From contig JACOUN010000036.1 of NCBI GenBank assembly GCA_016177805.1, forward strand, positions 1 through 28,118: DNA of 28,118 bases, read 5' to 3'. Source of the DNA: Rhodocyclales bacterium. GTDB taxonomy: Bacteria > Pseudomonadota > Gammaproteobacteria > Burkholderiales > Rhodocyclaceae. The first letter of the stretch is position 1. Each line of letters starts with the position of its first letter. The position numbers were made by a program, and so were the translations under genes. Positions 1 to 6,546 of this stretch are shown piece by piece. The notes beneath the pieces were generated by a model. That model made no database searches. It saw only the letters and a list, made by a program, of their open reading frames with translations, and had not been told where the DNA came from.

Positions 1-63
1 CAGCAGGTTCTCGGCGATCGCGGCACCGAGGCCACGGCTGTATCCGGTGACGATGGCTTTCAC
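1..63 (-). CDS. Short-chain dehydrogenase/reductase (SDR) family protein, N-terminal fragment; gene continues past the left window edge.
   Basis: Minus-strand translation from GTG at 63 reads VKAIVTGYSRGLGAAIAENLL. This is the classic SDR Rossmann N-terminus (TGxxxGxG). An AGGAA Shine-Dalgarno lies about 9 nt upstream. An alternative in-frame ATG at 114 has no SD. Confidence 0.5.
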   Translation of the reverse strand, partial: MKAIVTGYSRGLGAAIAENLL

Positions 64-200
64 TGGTGGGATTCCTGTGTTGTTCGGGGTGTTGTGAGCA
101 CGGGCGGCAACCATTGGTTTGTCTGTGGGACTCTACATCCATAACATCGTTGCAGGACATGGGGAGTGGGAATGAAACGCACCGCGACACCGGAGAAAAC

Positions 201-467
201 ATGAGACTCAAGCGCAACTTCATGCCGCGGCGTGAATTCCCGGTGACGCCCCGACGCGGCCGTAACCTTGTGCGCAACTTGATCGCGGGTTGTATGGGTG
301 CGCTGGTCGGTGGGATTGGCGCAGCGTTCTTCGGTGCCGGCGCCTTGGCGTGGTGGGTGGCGATGGCTGCCGGGTTTGCGGTGGGTGTGGCGAGTGTGAG
401 CGGGATCAAGCCGCCGGTGCTGTGGCAGAGCAGGCTGCCCGGTCATGGCCGGCGCGGCCCGCCATGA
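201..467 (+). CDS. Small (88 aa) glycine-zipper membrane protein; basic N-terminus, GxxxGxxxG-rich hydrophobic core.
   Basis: GGAGA SD sits 7 nt upstream of ATG 201. The product reads MRLKRNFMPRREFP...GALVGGIGAAFFGAGALAWWVAMAAGFAVGVASVSG. GC3-rich codon usage is consistent with coding. The overlapping antisense ORF 60..446 has an Arg/His/Pro-rich artefact composition. Confidence 0.5.
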   Translation: MRLKRNFMPRREFPVTPRRGRNLVRNLIAGCMGALVGGIGAAFFGAGALAWWVAMAAGFAVGVASVSGIKPPVLWQSRLPGHGRRGPP

Positions 468-490
468 CCGGGTGATGCGCGGCGTCGGGT

Positions 491-1414
491 TCAGGAGAAA
501 TCCAGGCCGAAGTACTTGAGTTCGATCTGGAGGCGGATGCAGATCCAGTCGTCCTCCTTGGCGATGCTGGCGTAGTGAGGCATGACATATGCCCTGAGAT
601 CGGCGGTCTTGCCTTTCAGCATGCTGTATGCGACGTCCACGTTGGCCGATATCGGGCCGACGAAGCTGGTGGTGACGGTAGTGAAGTTGCTGCCGAGGTT
701 GCCGCTGGCCGGCACGGGCTGGCCGGCGCTGGAGAGGATGGTCAGTCCTGACAGTTCTGCGGTGACGGCAAGGGTGCCGTCGGGGACCTGATGGAGCGTC
801 TGGAATTCCTGGGCCACCATCTTGCGCGGGTTTTCGTCCTTCACCACGTCCCTGAACTTGTAGTTGTTGAAGAACACATGGCGGCCCAGGGCCAGCACCC
901 GGAACGGTCCTTCCTTGATGATGACTTTCTTGTGCGGATCCTGGCCGGGAGCATCGAATTCCTTGGCCTTCTTCAGCACCAGGGCCATGCGTCGCAGGGC
1001 TTCGAGGATCGCACGCAGCGTTTCGGCGGTTGATCCGTGGTTGAACAGGACGATGCCCTGCTCGACGCCCCCTTCATCCAGGGGCTCGAAGTCCTCGGGG
1101 GCAAGCGTTCTGAAAAAGCCGTTCTGCAACTGCTCCCATAGCGCGGTGAAGGTTGGCAGATCTTCGTCGCGCCGGGTGATCTGTCCGTCCAGATAGCTGA
1201 CGAACCGCGAGACCAGCTCCGGTTCGGGCGGGCGGAATGCGATGGTCAGGTCGCGCAGCCAGGCGGCCATGCGCTCGGCCAGTTCGGGCGGGGGCGGTTC
1301 GCCGCGGCCGGGGAGCTGCCCGGCGCAGGCGGCGATCAGGTCGAGGATGCGGGCGCCGAAGGCAAAGGGTTCGGCCAGTGTCAGGTGGTTGTAGCTCTCT
1401 TGGTCTTGAATCAC
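491..1414 (-). CDS. Conserved hypothetical protein (about 307 aa); helical N-half, beta-rich C-half. No domain I can name.
   Basis: Long minus-strand ORF. The preferred start is GTG at 1414, preceded by GAGGGGGA 9 nt upstream; the ORF could extend to 1447. It is co-oriented and lies 116 bp downstream of rtcA. There is no GGQ motif, so it is not PrfH. I see no obvious HEPN Rx4-6H motif. Confidence 0.6.
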   Translation of the reverse strand: MIQDQESYNHLTLAEPFAFGARILDLIAACAGQLPGRGEPPPPELAERMAAWLRDLTIAFRPPEPELVSRFVSYLDGQITRRDEDLPTFTALWEQLQNGFFRTLAPEDFEPLDEGGVEQGIVLFNHGSTAETLRAILEALRRMALVLKKAKEFDAPGQDPHKKVIIKEGPFRVLALGRHVFFNNYKFRDVVKDENPRKMVAQEFQTLHQVPDGTLAVTAELSGLTILSSAGQPVPASGNLGSNFTTVTTSFVGPISANVDVAYSMLKGKTADLRAYVMPHYASIAKEDDWICIRLQIELKYFGLDFS

Positions 1415-1530
1415 GTTCGTTATCCCCCTCAAGTGGTGTGCGGGCACCGACGGCGCGCGCCGTCCGGTGCCGCAGCGGTTGTGGATGTGTTGCCATGGGC
1501 ATTATCGACATGGCCGGCACGATTTCCAGT

Positions 1531-2634
1531 TTAGATAACGCCGGGAGGAATGCAAAAGCTGGTTTGCGATTGGCATGATGACGATGGTTGCCCGGAGGCG
1601 GCAGGGTTCGCGGCAATCCGATGACCCTGTGCCGTCTTGGTCGTCTCGAAGCGCAGCGGCAGAAACCGCTGCACCACCTCCATGTTGGTTTCGAGGTGCG
1701 ATGACAGCGTGGCGGTGGTCAGGCTGCCGCCGCGCGCGAGCGCCAGCGGCAGCACCAGTTGATCGGCCAGGTGCTCGCCGACCGCGGCATCCGAGGCGCG
1801 GTCGGCGCGGGCGGCCTTGATCACGCGCGCGGCGACGGCTTCGGCGGGCAGGCCGCGTTCGCCGAAGGCGACGAACACTTCGGTCACTTCGCTGTGCTGG
1901 TCGACCAGCAGCAACGCGTTGCCTGGTCCTTCGCGAGCGGGCAGGACGCGCAGTTCAACTTCGGCACCCAGCGCGGCGGCTTCCACCATGGTCAGTTCGC
2001 GCCTGGCGACATCCACCGGCACGCCCGCGACCACGGCCACGGCGCGCGCCTGCAGCGGCGTGCCGCGCTCGCACAGATGCAGGGTCTTCAGCGCCGCGAC
2101 CGGGGTGACGCGCGCGCGGATCTCGCCCCCGCCGGCCGGGTAGAAGCCGTGGCGCAGCAGTTCGATGTCCATGTCCACCCCCATGCGGCGCATCAGCGGT
2201 AGCCAGGCGTGGATCAGGAAGTCGGCGGGCGGGGCGGCCGGGTTGTGCGTGCCGCCGCTGACCGTCACCGTGCTCGGCGCGTCGGCAAACCACAGCGCGG
2301 GGAGGATGGTTTGCAGCACCAGGGTGCAGCTACCGGCGCTGCCGATGGCGTGGCGATAGTCGCCGCCACGGATGCGTCCGGGCACGAAGTGCAGTGAGCG
2401 CGAGCCCAGCGCCGCGCCATCCACCCGCGCGCCGCAGATCTGCGCGGCGGCCTGCACGGCGGTCAGGTGCTGGCGCAGCAGCCCCGGTTTGGCGCGGCGG
2501 GCGCGGATGTGGTCGAGGCGCAGCGGCGTGCCGGTGATCATCGACAGCGTCAACGCGGTGCGCAGTATCTGCCCGCCGCCTTCGCCTTGTGAGCCGTCGA
2601 GCGTCACGGTGTCGAGCGTACAGGTGTCAGGCAT
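1531..2634 (-). CDS. rtcA: RNA 3'-terminal phosphate cyclase RtcA, with about 25 extra C-terminal residues compared with E. coli.
   Basis: LDGSQGEGGGQILRTALTLSMITG, RAKPGLLRQHLT and FAIGSAGSCTLVLQTILPALWFA match my recollection of E. coli RtcA closely. The ATG at 2634 overlaps the upstream gene's stop by 8 nt. Confidence 0.95.
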   Translation of the reverse strand: MPDTCTLDTVTLDGSQGEGGGQILRTALTLSMITGTPLRLDHIRARRAKPGLLRQHLTAVQAAAQICGARVDGAALGSRSLHFVPGRIRGGDYRHAIGSAGSCTLVLQTILPALWFADAPSTVTVSGGTHNPAAPPADFLIHAWLPLMRRMGVDMDIELLRHGFYPAGGGEIRARVTPVAALKTLHLCERGTPLQARAVAVVAGVPVDVARRELTMVEAAALGAEVELRVLPAREGPGNALLLVDQHSEVTEVFVAFGERGLPAEAVAARVIKAARADRASDAAVGEHLADQLVLPLALARGGSLTTATLSSHLETNMEVVQRFLPLRFETTKTAQGHRIAANPAASGQPSSSCQSQTSFCIPPGVI

Positions 2635-3445
2635 GGGAGTCTCCGGTCATGACGGTCTGGAGCAGGAAACGGTCGAGCGCCTCCGTGTCGCCTTGCGGCG
2701 TGCGGTAGGAAACGTCGCGGTCGACCTGCGCCAGCATGCCTTCTATGTAGGCGTGGATGGCAGGCCAGCGCGGCCCGTGCTCGGCTTCGCCGACGCGCAT
2801 CTTGACCGCCAGCAGGCGGTTGATTTCGTCGCGCAGGGTTTCGTCACTGATGGTTGCTTGCGCGAGTTCGGCGAAGCGCATCGGCGGCATGCTCCGGTAT
2901 TCGTCGATCCATTGCACCGCCAGCAGCGGGCGCAGCACGTACAGGTACTTTTTCAGACGCACCGTATCGCCCCGCAGATAGCCTTGAAAGTTCTTCTTGG
3001 CCATGGCGAGGTAGTGGTAGCGGCCGCGCATGGGCGAGAAGAACTGCGCCGCCAGCGCGCGCAGGCCGGCGGCGGCATCGGAGCGTTCGCGATAGATCAC
3101 CGGCGAGTCCAGCCATTCGAGCAGGGTCGGGTTGGAGCGGCGCAGCAGGCGCAGCGCCTTGCGCAGCTCCCAGCCGCTGACGTCCAGTTCGTCGCTGATC
3201 GGCAGTTCGATGACGTCGCGCTGCGCTTCGACGCGCAAATACCACGGCATGCGTGGCACGTAGACGAAGCGCACATCGTAGTCGCTGTCGGGCGAGGCGA
3301 AGCCCCAGCCCCGGCTCCCCGACTCGCAGGCGAACAGCACCCGCACCTCGTGGCGGGCCTCGATCTCGTCCAGCGCCTGCATCACGCGCTGGCGTACCGC
3401 CGGGTCTATCGGGTGGGCGGTGAGTATTGTGTTGCTTGTTTGCAT
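2627..3445 (-). CDS. Pol-beta-superfamily nucleotidyltransferase (272 aa); a predicted RNA-repair-associated NTase.
   Basis: The GS-x9-DxD minimal NTase signature is present in CESGSRGWGFASPDSDYDVRFVY. The gene sits between rtcB and rtcA in the same orientation. Its stop overlaps the rtcA start (ATGCCTGA), which suggests translational coupling. Confidence 0.85.
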   Translation of the reverse strand: MQTSNTILTAHPIDPAVRQRVMQALDEIEARHEVRVLFACESGSRGWGFASPDSDYDVRFVYVPRMPWYLRVEAQRDVIELPISDELDVSGWELRKALRLLRRSNPTLLEWLDSPVIYRERSDAAAGLRALAAQFFSPMRGRYHYLAMAKKNFQGYLRGDTVRLKKYLYVLRPLLAVQWIDEYRSMPPMRFAELAQATISDETLRDEINRLLAVKMRVGEAEHGPRWPAIHAYIEGMLAQVDRDVSYRTPQGDTEALDRFLLQTVMTGDSHA

Positions 3446-3482
3446 GACTATCTCTTTCGGTATGGTCGGCGGCGTGCCGTGG

Positions 3483-4724
3483 TCATCCTTTCACACACAC
3501 CACCTGACGCAGGGTGTGCACCACTTCCACCAGCTCGCGCTGGGCGTGCATCACCGCGTCGATGTCCTTGTAGGCCATCGGGATTTCGTCGATCACGTCG
3601 CTGTCCTTGCGGCATTCGACGTGGGCGGTGGCGCGCATCTGGTCTTCGATGGTGTAGCGGCGCTTGGCCTCGTTGCGGCTCATCGCGCGGCCGGCGCCGT
3701 GGCTGCAGGAGCAGAAGGCCGCTTCGTTGCCGAGGCCGCGCACGATGTAGCTGCGCGCGCCCATCGAGCCGGGGATGATCCCGAGTTCCCCTTTCTGCGC
3801 CGACACCGCGCCCTTGCGCGTGACCAGCACCTCCTGCCCGTAGTGGCGCTCGCGCTGCACGTAGTTGTGGTGGCAGTTCACCGCTTCCACGTCGGCGGTG
3901 AACGGCTTGGCGATCACCTGGCGCGCGGCGGTCACGACGTTCTGCATCATGGCCTGGCGGTTGCGCCGGGCGTAGTCCTGCGCCCAGCCGACGGCGGCGA
4001 CGTAGTCGTCGAAGTGCGTGCTGCCTTCCTCGAAGTAGGCCAGATCGCGGTGCGGCAAATCGGCGAGGTGCTGGCGCATGTCGGCCTGCGCCAGTTCGAT
4101 AAACACATTGCCGATCGCGTTGCCCACCCCGCGTGAGCCCGAGTGCAGCATGAACCACACCCGGTCGGCCTCGTCCAGGCACACTTCGATGAAGTGGTTG
4201 CCGGTTCCCAGCGTTCCAAGGTGCTTGTAGTTGTTGGTGTTCTTCAGGCGCGGGTATTTCTCGGTGATGCGCGCGAAGCCCGGCTGGAGTGCCTTCCACA
4301 GCGCGTCGACGTTGTCCGGCGGGTTCTCCCACGCGCCCTTGTCGCGGCCGCCGCGTGTCATCGTGCGGCCATGCGGCACGGCGCGTTCGATGGCGTCGCG
4401 CAGTCCGCCGAGCTGGTCCGGCAGATCGCGCGCGAGCAGGGTGGTGCGCGCGGCCATCATGCCGCAGCCGATGTCCACCCCGACGGCGGCCGGAATGATG
4501 GCGCCGACGGTCGGGATCACGCTGCCTATGGTCGAGCCCTTGCCCAGGTGTACGTCCGGCATCACCGCCAGATGGCGGAAGATGAACGGCATCCTGGCGG
4601 TGTTCATGAGCTGCGCGCGCGCTTCGGCTTCAACCGGCACGCCTTGCGTCCACATCCGGATCGGCGCGCCGTTGATCACCTCCAGCAGTTCGGAGGTCGT
4701 GGTGGTGTTGATGTTCGTTTCCAT
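3483..4724 (-). CDS. rtcB: RNA-splicing ligase RtcB (3'-phosphate/5'-OH ligase).
   Basis: Near-colinear identity with E. coli RtcB as I recall it: MWTQGVPVEAEARAQL, MPDVHLGKGSTIGSVIPT, CSCSHGAGR, PMAYKDIDAVM...VVCVKG. It is 413 aa. Confidence 0.97.
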   Translation of the reverse strand: METNINTTTTSELLEVINGAPIRMWTQGVPVEAEARAQLMNTARMPFIFRHLAVMPDVHLGKGSTIGSVIPTVGAIIPAAVGVDIGCGMMAARTTLLARDLPDQLGGLRDAIERAVPHGRTMTRGGRDKGAWENPPDNVDALWKALQPGFARITEKYPRLKNTNNYKHLGTLGTGNHFIEVCLDEADRVWFMLHSGSRGVGNAIGNVFIELAQADMRQHLADLPHRDLAYFEEGSTHFDDYVAAVGWAQDYARRNRQAMMQNVVTAARQVIAKPFTADVEAVNCHHNYVQRERHYGQEVLVTRKGAVSAQKGELGIIPGSMGARSYIVRGLGNEAAFCSCSHGAGRAMSRNEAKRRYTIEDQMRATAHVECRKDSDVIDEIPMAYKDIDAVMHAQRELVEVVHTLRQVVCVKG

Positions 4725-4755
4725 GTTCTTCTCTATCGTTTTCAGCTTGTTTGCG

Positions 4756-5895
4756 TCAGTTGCCCTTGAGTGTGACCAGGCCGTTCAGCACCTGATCCAG
4801 CCCGCCGAACACCGAGATCCGGTCGATCCGCTCCGCCACGCGCTCCAGCGTTTCCAGTTCCTTCAGGCGCAGCGCGGTCGGGTTGTCTTCCATGACCCGC
4901 GCGGTGTTGAGCAGCGAGCGGGTGGCCGAGGTTTCTTCGCGCCGGCGGATGACGTTGGCCTGGGCGGCCTTCTCCGCCTCGACCACCTGCGCGAGTATGG
5001 TGCGCATCTCGCCCGGCAGCACGATGTCCTTGACGCCGAGACTGCGGATCTCGATGCCGAATCCGGCCAGCCGCGTCACCGCGTACTCGCTCACCACCTC
5101 GTCGATGACGCGCTTGTTCTCCAGTAGTTCGTCGAGCGAACGGGTGCCCACCGCCGCGCGCAGCCCGAACTGCAGTTCGCGGTAGAGGTGTTCGACCGGT
5201 TTGGCGAGTTTCTCGCACGCCAGCAACACGTCGGCGTAACGCCAGGTCACGCCCAGGTTGATGCGCAGCGCGACCTTGTCGCGGGTCAGGATTTCCTGGC
5301 CGCTCACTTCCATGTTCTGCAGGCGCGTGTCCACCAGTTCGACCGAGATCTCGCGGTTGAAGCGCCAGTACGCCTCGATGCCGGGGTTCAGCATGCGTTC
5401 CATCCTGCCGTCCATCCTCACTATGCCGACATGGTAAGCCGGAACCTGCGCCAGCAGCACCGCGCCCAGGCCGGCCACCGGCCGGCCGCGCAGGCCGGGC
5501 TGGGTCAGGCGCATCGTCAGCGCGGCCGGCAGGGCGACCGTCTGGCGCAGATCGACCTTCTCCAGCCGGTGCGCGAGCACGCCCTTCCAGATCATGCGCC
5601 GGGTACCCGGCGGCAGGATTTCCACCAGCACGTCATTCTCGTAGCGCAGTCCCGCCTCGTCTTCGGACAGATCCATGATCTCGAAGCAGGATTCGACCAG
5701 ACGGGGTTCGCGGGCACGCAGATACTCACCCAGTTCGACATCGGTGAGCGCCGTGTCGATGCGCCATACCTGCACGCTCAGGCGGTTCATCGGGTCCCAG
5801 AAATAGTGGCGCCCGGCGCTCAGGAGGCGCACGAAATCCCCGTCCTTGAGCAAGGCGGCCTGTTCGTATTTCTTCACCACAAATCTCTTGATCAT
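4756..5895 (-). CDS. SPFH/band-7 (stomatin/flotillin-like) domain protein; first gene of the sigma54-driven rtc operon.
   Basis: The central SPFH core reads LRINLGVTWRY...GIEIRSLGVKDIVLPGEMRTILAQVVEAEKAAQANVIRRREETSATRSL, followed by a coiled-coil-like tail. I prefer the start at ATG 5895 (MIKRFVV), which has a GGAGAA SD 6 nt upstream. The ATG at 5913 lacks an SD. The gene ends 31 bp before rtcB. Confidence 0.88.
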   Translation of the reverse strand: MIKRFVVKKYEQAALLKDGDFVRLLSAGRHYFWDPMNRLSVQVWRIDTALTDVELGEYLRAREPRLVESCFEIMDLSEDEAGLRYENDVLVEILPPGTRRMIWKGVLAHRLEKVDLRQTVALPAALTMRLTQPGLRGRPVAGLGAVLLAQVPAYHVGIVRMDGRMERMLNPGIEAYWRFNREISVELVDTRLQNMEVSGQEILTRDKVALRINLGVTWRYADVLLACEKLAKPVEHLYRELQFGLRAAVGTRSLDELLENKRVIDEVVSEYAVTRLAGFGIEIRSLGVKDIVLPGEMRTILAQVVEAEKAAQANVIRRREETSATRSLLNTARVMEDNPTALRLKELETLERVAERIDRISVFGGLDQVLNGLVTLKGN

Positions 5896-6152
5896 GCTGT
5901 TCTCCAGTTTCATTCATGCGTTGCGTGAGCCGGTCAGCGCCGGCCCGGACGGACGCTTTGCGCGACACACCCAGGGAGGCGGGCGGTGAGCGCTGGGGGG
6001 AGCCACAAACGCGCTGCCCTCCCAGGCTCGCCGCCCGCCTTGCCGCGTGCGCGGCGCAGGGGTCGGTCCGGGCCGGCGACGGGGGCTTGCGCCCACCGCG
6101 ACCGGCGGTTGCTGCTTGACTGCGATGCTTCAGTCGTCTTTTGAGGACGATT

Positions 6153-6216
6153 TGGAGCGGGACTCGAACCCGCAACACGTTGCATATGCAACCGCTCTAC
6201 CCATTGAGCTATCCAG
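6153..6216 (-). ncRNA. tRNA-like element A (64 nt): canonical D-arm and T-arm, with shortened acceptor and anticodon-equivalent arms.
   Basis: Minus-sense sequence: CTGGA TA GCTC AATGGGT AGAGC G GTTGC-ATAT-GCAAC GTGTT GCGGG TTCGAGT CCCGC TCCA. The D-loop keeps the GG pair, and the T-loop TTCGAGT matches T-psi-C-G-A. The anticodon region is a 5-bp palindromic hairpin with a 4-nt loop, so no 7-nt anticodon loop exists. The acceptor helix is only 4-5 bp. It therefore cannot be a functional tRNA. Confidence 0.6.
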
Positions 6217-6265
6217 TGGTGTGCGATCCGGGAATCGAACCCGGATTTCTCAACCATGTCCGCAC
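6217..6265 (-). ncRNA. tRNA-like element B (49 nt): an acceptor/T-arm minihelix ending in an encoded ACCA, immediately 5' of element A.
   Basis: Minus-sense sequence: GTGCGGA CATGGTTGAGAAAT CCGGG TTCGATT CCCGG ATCGCAC A CCA. It has a perfect 5-bp T-stem, a TTCGATT loop and a 6-of-7 acceptor helix. The discriminator and CCA are encoded. It has no D or anticodon arms. Confidence 0.55.
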
Positions 6266-6393
6266 CATGACCGTGTCCTGCTGCCGCGGCATGCGCCAGA
6301 GCCAACGGGATTATTTCCGGGCCAGGCGCACCAGTGGGGCGGATGAACCCCGGCTCGTCGGCGTTGCAGCACTACAGCGGTCGAGCTACCCAT

Positions 6394-6410
6394 AGCGATA
6401 GGCGTGCCAG
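6394..6410 (-). promoter_or_regulatory. Sigma54 (RpoN) -24/-12 promoter for the tRNA-like/SPFH/rtcB/NTase/rtcA operon, divergent from rtcR.
   Basis: Minus-sense CTGGCAC-GCCTA-TCGCT. GG and GC are spaced exactly as in the TGGCAC-N5-TTGCW consensus. It sits 137 bp upstream of the rtcR start, as expected for an RtcR/sigma54 target. Confidence 0.6.
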
Positions 6411-6546
6411 TTGAGCCAGATTGGCGTGATAAATACGCAAGGCATTGAAATAGACGAGTAAATGCATGTTGCAGAAAGATCGTCGCAAGAACGACGCGCC
6501 GGCGTTACTATATGAAAGGCTAGTGAATTATCGTGTGGGATAAGCA

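Noticed and set aside
1759-4769. Long plus-strand ORFs antisense to rtcA, the NTase gene and rtcB: 1759..2202, 2372..3778, 3420..4136 and 4143..4769
   Set aside because: They lie opposite strongly supported genes, their compositions are Arg/Ala/Gly/His-rich with no domain signatures, and they are typical high-GC antisense artefacts.
6135-6151. Hairpin TCGTC-ctcaaaa-GACGA just 3' of tRNA-like element A as an intrinsic terminator
   Set aside because: It is only 5 bp, is not followed by a U-tract, and the downstream genes need read-through. It is more likely a processing or structural element, so it is noted only inside the leader finding.
6153-6265. Two canonical tRNA genes, one of them tRNA-His-like from the D-arm
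   Set aside because: Element A has no 7-nt anticodon loop and only a 4-5 bp acceptor helix. Element B lacks D and anticodon arms entirely. They are reported as tRNA-like ncRNAs, not tRNA genes.
5188-6395. ORFs overlapping the SPFH gene and the rtc leader: 5188..5928, 5726..6178, 5934..6305 and 6047..6346
   Set aside because: They are antisense to SPFH or run through the sigma54 leader and tRNA-like elements. They have no SD and biased Arg/Pro/Ala composition.
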